Shown piece by piece: positions 24,110 through 38,349 of a stretch of 64,000 nucleotides of DNA. The stretch's first letter is position 1; each line of letters begins with the position of its first letter. The translations under genes and the position numbers were made by a program. Origin of the DNA: Octopus vulgaris. Its lineage: Eukaryota. The stretch covers positions 19,902,001-19,966,000 of the forward strand of contig OX597831.1 of the NCBI GenBank assembly GCA_951406725.2. The letters are read 5' to 3'. Under the pieces are notes generated by a model, which worked only from the letters and a program-made list of their open reading frames with translations, was not told the origin of the DNA and made no database searches.

Positions 24110-26217
24110 TTTATTTAGTTTCAGCTCAGAAGCTGTGGCCATGCTGGGGCACCGCCATTTGGTGTTGCTACATGATTTTACTTCACGAATGCTTTTTAGC
24201 AAATGCCATTTGGTGCATGAGAAAGTTCGATGCAGCTGCCTTCATCTGCACCTCCTGCCGTGAAGTTGGTTCATCTGGGACACCTGACAAGAAGAGATCC
24301 AGTTTCATTTTAAAGACATCTGCGTCCACCCCATGCAGGTCTCTTAGGTTCTTCGGGAGGATATTGAAGAGCTGTGGGCCTCGGAAGCCTAGGCTATCAC
24401 AGTATCTTGTCCTAAATCTTGATGGCAAATTTGGAGTCTTTGGCACTATGCAGTGGCGCCCAGTTCTGGCATTTGTGTAACTCTCGATGCCAAAGTTTGG
24501 GACAAGTCCTTCTAGGATCTTCCAGATGTATATTATGGCATATCTTTCTCGCCTACGCTCTAAGGAATAGAGTATCGATCTCTTGAGTGTTTCCCAATAG
24601 CTTATATTCTGCACAGAGGCTATCTTCTTCGTGTAGCTTCGTTGGATCGCCTCAAGTTCTGTAATTAACTTGGCACTGGATGGTGACCATAGCTGAGAGC
24701 AATAGTCAAAGTGGCTTAGGACAAGTGTCCTAGCAGAGGACCATCATGGTTTCCTGGTCTCTTGTTCTAAAGGTTCTAAGAATCCATCCGGTCAGCCGCC
24801 TACATTTCATTGCCAATTTAGCAACATGCACAAGAAAGGTTGTATTATCACTCATGTAAATACCCAGGTCTCGCACTGATCGTGCCTCTGGGATTGCAAT
24901 CCCTCCAGTTCAGTGTATTTATTGGGTATTGCATTTTGTTGTGCATGCTAATAGTATAAAGCTTGAAACTTTTCAGCATTGAACTGCATGCTATTCTTTT
25001 CAGCCCACTTGTATATTTTGTCCAGCTCACATTGCAGGTGCTTAGTGTCTTCGGGGTTCTGTGTTGCCTGTGAAACTTTTGTATCATCTGCATAACTTGT
25101 GATCGTGGCTCTCTGCGTGGCTGAGAGCATGTCAGTGAAGGCCATTATGAACAGTAGTGGTCCCAGAACAGTGCCTTGTGGGACACCGCTCACTATTTGC
25201 GTGTTAATGGAAGTGGCCCCATTGGCTACTACCACCTGACTTCTATCCTTCAGAAAGTCATGAGGCCATTCTCCCAATTTTCCAACTATGCCAAGATCAC
25301 GCAGTTTGTGACATATCATTCCATGATCGACTTTATCAAAGGCTTTTGCAAAGTCGAGATATATCACTTCCACATTTGAGTGGTTGAGCAGTCGCTTCAG
25401 CACCCAGTCATAGTGTTGTAGGAGCTGAGTTAAGCAGCTTCTTCCCGGTCGGAAACCATGTTGGGTGTCAGGCCGCAAGTCATTTTCTTCAAGGAAGGTG
25501 ATTAGTTTCCTTCTGACTATTCGTTCCATGACCTTACTGATGTGTGAGGTCAAAGAAATAAGTCTGTAGTTCTTGGCCTCTGCTCTGCTACCTCCTTTAT
25601 GAATAAGGCATATTTTACCTTCCTTCAGTTTTCTTGGAAGTTTGCCAGTTGCAAGGAAGATCTCAAAGAGGAACTGCAGTGGTCTTGCTAGGACTCTCTT
25701 ACATACTTTTAGAAGGATTGATGGGAATCTATCGGGGCCAGTAGCTGAGTCTGTTTTCATTTCATCTATAGCCTTTATTACATCGTCTTCCTTTATATCG
25801 ATGTAATTTATCGTCGCCGCCTCTGAGTTTATATCTGCAGTGGTAAAGAAGTCAGTTGGATTGGAGATGCCCAAGGGGTGGAGTGAAAACACTCCTGAAT
25901 TGCTCATTCAGTATTTCATTTACTCTCATTGGTTTTCCTGTGAGTGTGCCATCCTTTTCAAGTAGTGGCCCTATCCTACAGTGCACCGTAGCTGTTTCTT
26001 TGGCATGCCTGTAGAAAGCTCTGGAGTTAGATTTTATGTTGTATATAGCCCAGGCTTCTTTGTCTGCTCTTTCCTTTTCATGGGAGAGTTGCAGACATTT
26101 TTCAATTTCCAGCAGTTTTATTTTCAGGCGGGACTTTTCACTGCTTTCAATTTATTTGTTTAGGCGATTTGAAATTTTTGTACGCCGTCTCATTAGAATT
26201 TTCCTCTCTGGGGATTT
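24110..26217 (-). mobile_element. CR1/L2-group LINE family A, 5'-truncated second copy
   Basis: closely similar to 12920-15020; RT motifs VPQG/YADD in ORF 24948-25907. Confidence 0.93.
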
Positions 26218-26250
26218 TGCTCTTAAATATATATATATTTTTGCTATACA

Positions 26251-26327
<77 letters not shown>

Positions 26328-26461
26328 TATAGATATATGTATATATATGTATAAATATATATATATGTATATATATATATGTGTATAGATATATGTATAT
26401 ATATATCTGTATATATTTATGTATATATATATGCGTATTTATATATGTGTATATACATGTA

Positions 26462-26494
<33 letters not shown>

Positions 26495-26651
26495 ATGTAT
26501 ATATGCATATGTATATATGTATGTATATATGTATGTATATATGTAAATTTATATATATATATGTATATATATATGTATATATATGTAAATATACATGTAT
26601 ATATATGTATACATATATATGTATATATATATATATGTATATATATATATG

Positions 26652-26684
<33 letters not shown>

Positions 26685-26885
26685 ATATATATAAATATGT
26701 ATATATGTGTATATATATATATAGTTGGAATTTACAAAAGTTGAAGATGGGTGTGTAAACAAAGGGCTGTATCAGTTTAATGCTCGGGAAGGTGAGAATG
26801 CCTTTTACATTTCGAACTGATGCGCTGCAACAGAAAGGATATATATATATATATATATCATCATCATCATCATCATCATTTAGCG

Positions 26886-26930
<45 letters not shown>

Positions 26931-27014
26931 TGTTTATGTATGTATGGATGGGTGAATGTATGTGTACACATACATACAGATACAGAATGATATTCTTGAA
27001 CATATCTATTCCAG

Positions 27015-27136
27015 GTTACTTGACCCAGCCTATATTGTCAGTGATACCGAAGTGCTGCTACGGGAATATTTAAAGATACGTAATGATCAACCAAGCGACG
27101 ATGAATGGGAAGTTGACAGCCCAATTGTAAAATCTG
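27015..27136 (+). CDS. BCL-2-family gene exon: BH4-like helix and acidic loop with WEVD/S
   Basis: TTCCAG|...|GTTAGT; [40 protein letters not shown]; phase 2 in, phase 1 out; resembles Bak helix 1 (DTEEVFRSYV). Confidence 0.8.
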
Positions 27137-27406
27137 GTTAGTTACGCTTCTTCTTGTTTCTACTGAGTCGGTACAAAGGCAATATCCTAAAGGACACAAT
27201 ACAGAGTTTTTGGGTTTTTTTTATAATTAGCTTTTTTTTATTTCCGGTTTTCCCTGTTATAATTGAAAACAGCACAGCGAGGGGACTGTGAAGTCTTGTA
27301 TAAAACAAATGGGGAAGTGTCACCTTTTATTTGGAAAAGAAAGGAAAAGAGAGAGCAAAAAATGCATAAATAATAATAATAATGGTAAATAAATAATAAT
27401 TACATA

Positions 27407-27633
27407 TGTTATGTGTCGTTTCGTTCTGATGGGAAATGGACAACTCAATTGAAGGCATATATCGTTTTAAGTCTTTATTTGCTTTGCATGTTACACCAAC
27501 TGTCTGACATTCAGCGCAGTGATACTTATATACCTTAGACATAGCGTAGTAGTACTTATAAATTAGTGCCAAAAGCGGGGACGTATTCCAGACACGCACG
27601 CCCACGCATGCACATAGATATGAATGTGTAACA
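27407..27633 (-). repeat. 3' LTR (227 bp) with adjacent polypurine tract 27634-27645
   Basis: TGTTA...TAACA termini; AAGAAGAAGAGA on the minus strand just inside. Confidence 0.92.
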
Positions 27634-30600
27634 TCTCTTCTTCTTGAAAAAATAAAGGGGTCTTTTGGCAGTGAAGACAAATATAGTAGTCTTCCTTACT
27701 CTAATGGATTGTCAGCGCGAGGTGGCAATCCTGCGGCAGAAACCGTGAGAGTATTCTGCCTCTGCTTTGTAATCTAGCAGAATTAGTTACTTATCTTTTC
27801 ATTTTTTTTCAAGGCCTTTATCATGAATAAAAAGAGAAAATATTTACATTTTTATCAAAATATACCATTACTTTCAATTGCCTAAAAAAATTTAATAAGA
27901 AAATGAAAACCAAAATTGAGTAAAATTAAATTAATCATAGCAGTTTTGAAAGTTCATGTATATTTTTATATGAAATTCATATGGTAGCAGTTATTTGTCT
28001 CCTGATGTCTGCTAGCCATAAGAGTAGTAGTAGATTTTTTAACGGTATCGAACCGGTGGCAGAATGTTCTTTCTCCACCTGGTGGATCTTGTGCTTCGCA
28101 CCGGTGTCTGAAGTGTGTTGTTGGGCTACCGATAGGTGGTTGTGCCCGTTGGGGTGATAATTCTGTTGGTGTTGTCACTGATGCAGTAGGTGTTGTACAT
28201 GTTGTCTGCTGAGGGGTGGTTGGTGCCCGTTGGGGTGATGATTCTGTGGTTGTTGTCACTGATGCAGCAGGTGTTGTACACGTTGTCTGCGACAGCTTTG
28301 GTGTTGGGCGGATGTGGGCCCTGTTGCGTCTCAGCTGCCTACCAGATTCCGTTTCTATTATATACGATCTTGGATTTTCAGCTCTACTGACAACCTGTGC
28401 TGGGATCCATGTTTTAGTTACGGGATCTTGAGTATGCACATGTTGTCCTCCAAGTATCTCAGGTAAGTATTGTGCATGTTTGTTGTAATATTTCTGTGAA
28501 TGTTCTTGAGTGGCTGCTGACTTTGCCCTTGTCTCTTCCTGGTCAATAGGAGGTTGGATCTTAGTTGGCAGGGTAGTTTTGTACTTCCTGCCATTCAGCA
28601 ATTCTGCTGGGGATTTCATATCAGCTCTCAGTGGTGTCGCTCGTAGGGACAGAAGTGCCAGGTGTGGGTCTTCTTTAGTCTCTCGGCATTTGACTAGTGT
28701 TCTCTTCACTGTCTGCACCTGTCTTTCTATAAACCCATGACCTTTGAGGTACTGTGGAGATGAGGTTGTAATATTGAACCCATACTCATCGGCTAGCTTT
28801 TTGAATTCTTGCGATGTGAACTAGGTTCCATTGACACATATGATCTGCTCTGGTATTCCTTGCTCTGCTAGAAGTCCTCGAGCCACTGTAGTGATTGTTT
28901 TGAATCTCAGGTCTTTCACTTTTCTCACAAATGGAAATTTGGAGTAATAGCAGGCCATTATCAAATACCATTCTTGGTTTTCTATGAACAGATCTACTCC
29001 AATAGTTTGCCATGGCCTTCTTGGGATGTCACTAGATATCATTTCCTCCTTTTGTTGTGAGTTTCTGTACTTTTGACAGCATGTAGAAACTGTATTTTCT
29101 ATGTCTTTGTACATGCTTACCCAATATACTGCTGACTTGGCTCGGAGCTTGCATTTCTTCATTCCTAGATGCCCTGGGTGGATCTTGTCAAGAATCTCTT
29201 TTTGCATTGACTTGGGTATAATTATTCGGGGTCCAGTCATCAGGATTCCATTCTCCACTGATATATCATCATGGATGGTCCAATATTCACGAATGAGGGG
29301 CTGCACCTGACGTCTCTTTTCTGGCCACCCCTGAATCACCATCTGAGTAAGGAGCTGGAGTTCTTCATCTTTGCTGGTCTCCTCTTTGATTTCTGCTAGC
29401 TTTGTGGTTGTTACATTTACAATGTAGTGGACGTTTATGCTTAGTCTTTCCATCTCCTGTTTATCACGTGAGGATAGTCTGGAAAGAGCATCCGCCAATA
29501 TCAGGTCTTTTCCTGGCTTGTACCTGATATCGTAGTCGTATGTTTGAAGCCTTAACAGTAATCTTTGCAGTCTGGCTGGTGCTTTCGTGAGGTTTTTTCT
29601 ATGTATTTGTTCTAGCGGGCGATGGTCTGTTTCAATATAGAAATGTCTGCCATACAGGTATGTATGGAACTTTTCACATCCATATACTACTGCCAGGAGT
29701 TCCCTTTCAATATTTGTGTACCTTGCCTCTGTGAGAGAGCTTTCGAGGCATATGCAATGGGTTTACCTTCCTGTATCAGTGCTGCACCAACTCCTCTCAT
29801 AGAAGCATCGACTTGGAGTATTATTGGTTTGCGTCTGTCATAGTATTGCAGAGTTGTCTCCTTTCTGATGAGCTTTTTGATTGCTTCGAAATCCTGTGTG
29901 TGTGAAGCACACCAATCAAACTCTACGTCATATTTGTTTAGTTCTCGGAGATTTGCAGTTCTCGGAGATTTGCATACCCAGCCAGCTTGTGTATGAAGGC
30001 TCCCATGTAGTGGATGAGTCCCAGGAAGCTCCTGAGTTCCTTCTTGTCTTTGGGTTCTTTGATGTCTCTGATGGCTTCCACTTTAGCGGGGTCTGGTTTA
30101 ACTCCCTCTGCAGAGTATATAATTCCAAAGAATTTGCACTCCTTTGCTTTTATCACACACTTGTCTGCATTAAATTTGATACCTGCTTGTCAGGTTTTCT
30201 CCATAGCTTCATGTAAATTGAAGTCATGTGTGGTCTCATCCTTGCCATGCACTTGGATGTCATCTGCTATCCCAATTGCTCCCTTGCAGCCTTGGTAGGT
30301 CTCATCTATTTGGCTCTGAAAAACATCTTGGCTCACCTTCAATCCAAATGGGAGTCGGTTGAATCGATATCTGCCAAATGGTGTGTTGAAGGTAGTAAGC
30401 ATGGATGACTCTTCGTCTATCTTTATATTCCAGTACCCATTACTGGCATCCAGTTTGCTGAATAATTTGGACCCAGCCAATGATGGTGTGATTTCTTCAA
30501 GGGTTGGAATTGGATGGTACTCTCTTTTTAATGCCTTGTTCAGGTCCCTTGGGTCGAGGCATATCCGTAGGGTACCATTGGGTTTTTCCTTGATTACGAT

Positions 30601-32247
30601 TGAATTTACCCAGTCTGTTGGTCGTGTCACTTTGGTGATTATTTCTTTTTTTCCATTCTGTCCAACTCTGTCTTCAGCTTCTCTTTTAGTTCTAGAGGGA
30701 CGCGGCGAGGTGGGTGAACAATTGGTTTGATATTTGGGTCGACTGTTATATGGTATCGACATTTCACAAAGCACTGTATCGTCAAATCATTCAGGGTACA
30801 TGCTTATCAGTTCTTTGTTTGTGATTGGTGGTCGGTCTTTGATAGGCATATCTCTGTCAATCCTGCTTGGAGCTGCCTTCACTTCACCATTGATTGACAC
30901 AATATTAAGCTTTTTACAGGTATTGAGTCTAAAAATTGCTGGTCCTTCTGTTCTTGTGACATAAAAAGAACACGTGATTATTTTTCCTTTGTGTGTCCCT
31001 GTGATTGTTGTTTCGCCCAGTTGTGGAATCCTGGTACCTCCGTACGCAGTGAGGATTACATCACTTGGTGTGAGGATTCCTTCTTTGATTTTATCCTCTT
31101 GTGTCATGTGTTCTGGGAACATCTTTTTGTAGAGGTTGACAGGCAAGATATCACTCCGGGCTCCAGTGTCAATCTTTAGCCTTAAGTCAATGTTTATTCG
31201 TTTCTTGCCAGACTTCTTTTGTATTCGTATCGTTGTGTATGCCTCATTTTTTTTCTGGTCGTCATTTCCCATCTCATGCACATTTATTGTGCCGACTGCT
31301 AAGAATTCCTCCTCTGAGGTGTTTTGTTCTTGTTGTTGGGCATGTATATCTCTTTTTCTATTTCCGCTCCTCTTTGAAAATTGGGGCTTGTTTTTCTGGG
31401 ATTTTGTTACCCTACACATATTTTCCTAGTGGTTGGGTTTTCCACATGCTTTGCAGTGTGTACCGAATGCAGGATATTTCTTCCGGTTATTGAACTCATG
31501 CTCCGTACCACATTACTGGCATGTTCTTTGTTTGCGGGTATGTGCCTAGATACAATATCTACACTGCTGCCTAGTGAGCTTGTTTGTAAGGTAAGTGAGG
31601 TCATTTGTTTGGTAGTGGCTTCGAATGCTCATGCAGTGTCTACTGCTTCTATCAACTGGAGAGCGTCCTTACCTATGAGGGATTTCTGAACTTCTTTATG
31701 AGCACACCCCCATATTAATTGATCAACAATTCTTTCGTCCTTATCTTTGAATTTGCATTTTTCGGCAACATTCTTTAATCTGGACAGGAAGTTGTCAATC
31801 GTTTCTTGTGGGTCTTGTTTCAGGCCCCTGGAATTCGTATCTGTGAATTCTATGGTTCGACCTGGGCTCTAGGTGCCTTTCAAATTTCTCTAAAAGTGTG
31901 TCTGGGTTATTGCAATCCGATTCTGACATGTCCCAGCTATTGAATAGGTCTAGGCCTTCCTCTCCCGTCCATAAAAGGATGTAGCTTACCTTTTCTTCGG
32001 CGGTTGTACCTTTCAGGAAACTTTTGAAAGCTAGTTGAGTTTTCTGATTAAATTTCTTAAACACTTCCACGATATCATCGGAGTCCCAGTTCATGGTTGG
32101 ATGTAAATTCATCTGAACAGTGACGGGGTCGCCATTTTGCAACCCCGTGTATGTATGTCCGAAGACGAAGCGATGTTTTGCTTGTTAAATTTCTGGTTCG
32201 TTGTGTTTCTGTTTTGTTGTAAAGGCACAGTTTCCGATTAATTATTT

Positions 32248-32260
32248 ACCGCTGCCACCA
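32248..32260 (-). promoter_or_regulatory. primer binding site, tRNA-Leu type
   Basis: TGGTGGCAGCGGT directly inside the 5' LTR, complementary to the 3' end ACCGCUGCCACCA of eukaryotic tRNA-Leu(AAG). Confidence 0.8.
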
Positions 32261-32479
32261 TGTTATGTGTCGTTTCGTTCTGATGGGAGATGGACAACTC
32301 AATTGAAGGCATATATCGTTTTATGTGTTTATTTGCTTTGCATGTTACACTAACTGTCCGACATTCAGCGCAGTGATACTTATATACCTTAGACATAGCG
32401 TAGTAGTACTTATAAATTAGTGCCAAAAGCGGGGACGCATTCCACACACGCACGCCCTCGCATGCACATAGATATGAAT
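32261..32479 (-). repeat. 5' LTR, outer 8 bp missing
   Basis: 8 mismatches in 219 aligned nt versus the 3' LTR (manual count); outer end replaced by (AAAT)n. Confidence 0.92.
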
Positions 32480-33118
32480 AAATAAATAAATAAATAAATA
32501 AATAAATGAATAAATAATGATAAATAAATAAGTTTCGTTTTGGGATTTGATTTGGAAGATTCTTTATGTGAGTTTGTGTGCTTGAAGCATATTCTGTTGC
32601 ACCTGGGGAGAGTCATTCTCTTTTGGTGCCTAATAATTTAACACACTCACCAGTAAAAGTTCTGCTTAATTCTTTTTTATTCGGTTTTCTTTTTTATATT
32701 TTTTTATATTTTTCATCACCATCATCATCATCATCATCATCATGCTAGCATGGGTTGGACGATTTTGACTGAGGGCTGGCAAACCAGATGGCTGCACCAG
32801 GGTCCAGTCTTGATTTGGCAGAGTTTCTACAGCTGGGTGCCCTTCTTAACGCCAGCCATTACGAGAATGTAGTGGGTGCTTTTTACGTGCCACTGGCACG
32901 GGGGCCAGTCAGGCAGTACTGGCAGTGACTTCGCTCGAATCTTTTTGCACATTCCACCGGCACGGATTATTTACTTTTAATTTTGCATTTTTTATTTTTT
33001 GTTATAATTGGAAATTTGACCAGTGAGTGTGTTAAATAATAAGGCACGTAAAGAAAATGACTCTCCCCAAACACAACAGAAAATAAATAAATTATGATGA
33101 TAAATGAATAAATAAATA

Positions 33119-33160
<42 letters not shown>

Positions 33161-33215
33161 CAGCGAAAAAATAAATAATAATAATAAATAAATAATATTA
33201 ATAATGAATAGAATA

Positions 33216-33360
33216 GGCGCAGGCGTGGCTGTGTGATAAGTAGCTTGTTTAGCAACCACAGGGTTCCGGGTTCAGACCCACAGTGTGATACCTTGGTTAA
33301 GTGTCTTCTACTATTGCCTTGGGCTGACAAAAGCCTTATGAGTGGATTTGGAAAACACAA
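33216..33360 (+). mobile_element. tRNA-derived SINE head
   Basis: A-box-like TGGCTGTGTGAT, B-box-like GGTTCAGACCC; contains GTAGCTTGTTTAGC, a diverged empty version of the target at 59875. Confidence 0.7.
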
Positions 33361-33614
33361 ACTGGAATATATGCTCACATTATATATATATATATCACGT
33401 GATCACGTGACCGACCAGACCATCAGATGTTGTTACACATCGCTGGTCACAATGCGTTAACATTGTTTTAGCCTTCGAATGACGCCACCCCGCTGGCTAA
33501 GCGAGCAGGCCAATATATAAATATATATATATGTATATATATATATATATCTATATATATATATATATATATATAGTATATATATATACTATATATATAT
33601 AGAGAGAGAGAGAG

Positions 33615-34525
33615 CTGTCTATGATTGGGCCAAAAGTAACCAGAGACATACAGCCTAAAGGAAGCACCCAAAATCTCTACAATCTGTACTTCCACAAAGC
33701 AGATTGGAAAAAAGAGATCCTCAGAGAGGACTGGCCGGAATGTCTCCCCACACCAGACATTAACATGAAACTAGAATGCTTCATGTCTTCTATGCAAGCC
33801 GTATGCCAGAAATTTGTCCCAGAGCACAAGGCCAAAACAAATAGGAGCAAGATTCCAAGAGACAGGAAGATCCTCATGAGACGACGGACGAAGGTTGCAA
33901 ATCGTCTCAAACAACATCCCAAAAGTAGCAAAACGTCCCGCCTAAACACAACACTGATGGAGATCGAAAAAAGGCTGCAACAATCCTATGTGAGGGAGAA
34001 AGCAGACAAAGAAGCCTGGGTTATAAAAAACATTAAATCAAACCCAAAGGCCTTCTTTCATTACGCGAAAGAAACAGTCTCAGTGCACTACAAGATAGGA
34101 CCCCTCCTCCAAAAGGATGGCTCCCTCACAGACAGTCCAACTAAGATCAGTGAGATACTGAATGACCAGTTCAAAAGTATCTTTACGACCCCGTTGGAAC
34201 ACAGAAAAGTGAACGAACCAGTGGACTTCTTTGCCGCCTCACCTATAACCAGCAAGGCGGTTACAATAGAATGTATTGACATTAGCGAAAAAGATGTCCT
34301 ACTAGCCATAGATAAAGTGGACACAAACTCAACTGCTGGTCCAGATGGTTTCCCAGCAATCCTCCTCAAAGCATGTAAGCATGCCCTGGCAAAACCCCTC
34401 AAGATTCTCTTCCAGAGCTTTCTTGCGAATGGCAAACTGCCAACCAAGCTGAAGGAAGGAATAATATGCCCAATACATAAAGTGGGAAGTAGAGCAGATG
34501 CCAAAAACTATAGGCCTATCTCTCC
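33615..34525 (+). mobile_element. CR1/L2-group LINE family B, internal fragment
   Basis: ORF 33621-34592: FHKADW...NPKAFFHY...GPDG...NYRPIS. Confidence 0.88.
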
Positions 34526-35344
34526 TGACTGCTTTTACTATAGAAATCCTAAGCCACAGAATCGTCATAAAATGCAAGATATTCTGCTTTAAATGAAGAA
34601 ATGTTATCAATGATATGAAACATTGGTCTAGATCGATGCTGTGTGGTAATGGTCTGGACGAGATGACAAGTATCATAATGGCAGTATGAACTGTCCTGAA
34701 TTGGTGTTGTAACGGGTGAAAGAAGTGTTAACGCAATGGCTGCTGGGTGTGTAGATATATTTGAAGGAAGGGAGGCTTTCGGAAATGATGTGAGAAATAT
34801 ATAACCAAAACGGTAACCGGAAGTTGCCCAGGATAATGCATTGGAGCAGTCACGTGGCAGATGGAAAATGAGGGGAAGTGATATGATGGTTACTGAAAGC
34901 GTGTGTGTATGAGTGTGTGATCAATACCTATGGAGCTGTGCTTACCTCCGTCGACGGGTGCCTGACTTCAATTTTTTCCTAGATTCCTTTTCTATTGTGA
35001 TTAACGAAATTATTCCAAAACATGTTATTGCAATGAAATACATTTAAAACATGTTATTCTATGCTCCGAGGTACATTATTACATACCGTTTTCACTTCTT
35101 TTGGGTTTAATATCTAGCTGTTAGCCTTCAGTTGCGATGTAGTGCATTGACTGATAAATTGCCTCATTGTAGACACACAAATTAACAGAGTCAATGCTCT
35201 GTACGTTAATAACCAATATCTGGAATGTATAATGTTGCATTTTGCAGCAATTTGACTGAAATTACATATTTAGGAATGAATTAATAAATTATAGAAATCA
35301 AAAACTAGTGCATTTTATTTTCTGTATATATGTGTATACTTATT

Positions 35345-36037
35345 TGCATGCATGCATGCTTGCATTCATACATACATACATACATACATGCATACATACA
35401 TACATACATGCATGCATGCATACATACATACATACATACATGCATGCATACATGCATGCATACATTCATACATACATACATACATACATACATACATACA
35501 TACATACATACATACATACATGCATACATACATGCATACATGCATACATACATGCATACATAGATACATACATGCATACATACATACATGCATACATACA
35601 TGCATACATGCATACATAGATACATACATGCATACATACATACATGCATACATACATGCATACATGCATACATAGATACATACATGCATACATACATACA
35701 TGCATACATACATGCATACATACATACATGCATGCATGCATGCATGCATGCATACATACATGCATACATACGTACGTAATTCATACATACGTACGTACAT
35801 TCATACATACATGCATGCATGCATGCATGCATGCATACATACATACATACATACATACATACATACATACATACATACATACATACATACATACATACAT
35901 ACATACATACATACATACATACATACATACATACATACATACATACATACATACATACATACATACATACATACGTACGTACATGCATACATACGTACGT
36001 ACATGCATACATACGTACGTACATACATACATACATA
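35345..36037. repeat. (TACA)n/(TGCA)n tetranucleotide microsatellite
   Basis: visible tandem tract ending ~30 nt before the BH3 exon acceptor. Confidence 0.97.
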
Positions 36038-36069
36038 CTTCTTACTAATATATTATTTTCGTAAATCAG

Positions 36070-36260
36070 ACAAACCAAATATATCAACCTGTCAGGAAGT
36101 TGGACGCAACTTAGCGCGGATGGGTAACGAATTTAATGAAAAATATCAGGAGAATACCAACTGCGTTCTTGGTGAATACGAACCTAGTTTAAATGAATAT
36201 GATAATTTCAAAAAAGCTGCCATGAAATTGTTATCAAATATTCGAGAACCAGGTCTACAG
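36070..36260 (+). CDS. BCL-2-family gene exon containing BH3
   Basis: AATCAG|...CAG|GTAACT; DKPNISTCQEVGRNLARMGNEFNEKY...YDNFKKAAMKLLSNIREPGLQ; VGRNLARMGNEFNEKY aligns with Bak BH3 VGRQLAIIGDDINRRY; phase 1 in, phase 0 out. Confidence 0.85.
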
Positions 36261-36777
36261 GTAACTGCAATCTCATTTTTCATATTACCTCACAAAAAAT
36301 TATAACATCTACACTTCTGTCCCATTTTAAATGAATTGTTTAAAATTCAAATTTCAAGGCTGCTGTTCCTGTCCTCTTTGTGTATAAAGAAGATGTTATA
36401 CTTCTTCTGATTCTTTATCCAGAATCGGCTTTTGTTTTGTGTGTGTGTTTAAATGGTCAATACTATCTCTAAATTTACACACTTTAAAATGATTCGCTCG
36501 CTTTCACTCTCTCTTTCCATCTCCCCTTCTCTCTTCCCCTTAGTCTGTCTCACACTCACATACATACACGTACATGGGCACATACACAAACACACACACA
36601 CAAACAGCATAGGTCTGGTGGAGCAGTATGAGGAAATACAGGCTTCTTATATATATATATATATATAATATTAATTCGAGACAAAACCACTATTTTGCAA
36701 AACAAACGAGGAAAGACTTAATCAATACCTAAAAATTTTTAATATAAAGAAATATATATATATATATATATATATAT

Positions 36778-37007
36778 AACGGGAAGGTTTACGAAAATAA
36801 ACAAAAGACGAAGGCAGGTGGAGTACAAACAAACAAATGTATCAGTATGGCACTCAGGAATAGAAATAGTTAGTTAAGTTAGTTAGTTAATTATTTGGCT
36901 CAAAAAGCAAGGCCATGTCTTTTACGTTTCGAGCTTACGCTCTTCGACAGAAAGATACACAGAAAAGAAACAAGGAGAGAGAAAAATGCGTGTAGGAGCT
37001 AACGGTC

Positions 37008-37010
<3 letters not shown>
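36778..37010 (-). mobile_element. short PLE-type repeat with variant hammerhead (36918-36955), interrupted by a CR1 3' tip (36869-36917)
   Basis: homologous to 54040-54190 in opposite orientation; the insert matches the (TAAC)n tail of the CR1 at 49100-49167. Confidence 0.6.
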
Positions 37011-37047
<37 letters not shown>

Positions 37048-37097
37048 TATATTATTATTTATATTATTATTATTATTTATATTATTATTTATATTTA

Positions 37098-37152
<55 letters not shown>

Positions 37153-37186
37153 TATTATATAAGTAGATAGATATACATATACATAT

Positions 37187-38091
37187 ACGAGGTCTGATCA
37201 ATAAGTATTCAAACTGTTGCCATAGTAACGAAGCTAAAGCATGCAGAGTGAAGCTCCTTGAACTCTGCTCTGTATGCAAACTAAGTTTTAACGTTCTAGT
37301 TCACTTCTGCTATTTACAGCAGTGCCTGGAAGGAAGGTGTGTACCGTGATACTGTCACATTGGCCATGACAGATAAAGTTGTTATGGCGACAGCTGATCA
37401 CAGGCCTACGCAAGGTTGCAGAAAGTGTATGGAGAGAAGTTTATGAGCCGCACACAAGTATACAAGTGGTTTAGACGTTTCAAAGATGACCGAAAAATGT
37501 CGATATTGACGAACGTTCTGGGAGACCCGCAACCAGCAGAACTGAGGAAAAACATCACAAATGTACGTGCAGCTGTGAGGGGAAATAGTAGAATCACCAT
37601 CTGTGAGTTATCAGAGCATGTGCAGATTAGTTACTGTTCAGTCCAGTCCATTATCACTAAAGATTTGAATATGAGACGCATGTCTGCCAAGTTTGTGTCA
37701 AAACTGCTTTCAACTGAACAAAAAGACACTCGGGCTTCAGTTCCGGGTTGCGGATCCGTGGAATAAGCTGCCGGACGAGATGGTGAAGATGCCGACGACC
37801 GCTCGGTTCAAAGTCTCCCTTGACCACAAGTGGCCTGAACTCTTTACATGAACACCACCCTGTACATAACTCCATGTCCCCCTAAATGGCCTTGCTTTTT
37901 GCCTTTTGAGCCAAAATTTAACTAACTAACTAACTAAAACCTCTTTGATCGTGTGGAGAACGATGAAAACTTTGCAAAGGCATCTTAGCAGGTATCCCAA
38001 AGCTTTTGGCAAAATTTGATGCAGATTCTCTGCTCAGCTTTCTCTGTCATGGTCAATGCGACGATCGCACACTACACACTTTCCTTCCAAG

Positions 38092-38095
<4 letters not shown>
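37187..38095 (+). mobile_element. mariner derivative with a CR1 3' fragment inserted (37741-37936)
   Basis: TACGAGG terminus; HTH KVYGEKFMSRTQVYKWFRRFK; 38035-38095 inverts 37320-37380; insert matches 48961-49160. Confidence 0.82.
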
Positions 38096-38132
<37 letters not shown>

Positions 38133-38349
38133 ACAGCAGTGTTACCGATACATCAAACAAGTTGTCACTTTCTGAATTTTACTGAATAGAATGGGTCTTC
38201 GTGAATGTGCAATAAAGTCAAGGTTTGCGGTTAATTTTGACATATCTTTCAGACAACTCCGTCGCCTTATCCAGTAAGAATATGATTATCGAGGGATAAA
38301 AATCTACAATATCAAACTGTATATCTAACTGTATGCTTATTCTTTAAAT

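Larger units (their letters stand above)
27407..32479 (-). mobile_element. Ty3/Gypsy LTR retrotransposon, degenerate gag-pol
   Basis: two LTRs; gag, protease (KIDTGA), RT (IADD), RNase H (VDAS), integrase (HPGHLG, GVDLF) in Gypsy order; many frameshifts. Confidence 0.95.
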
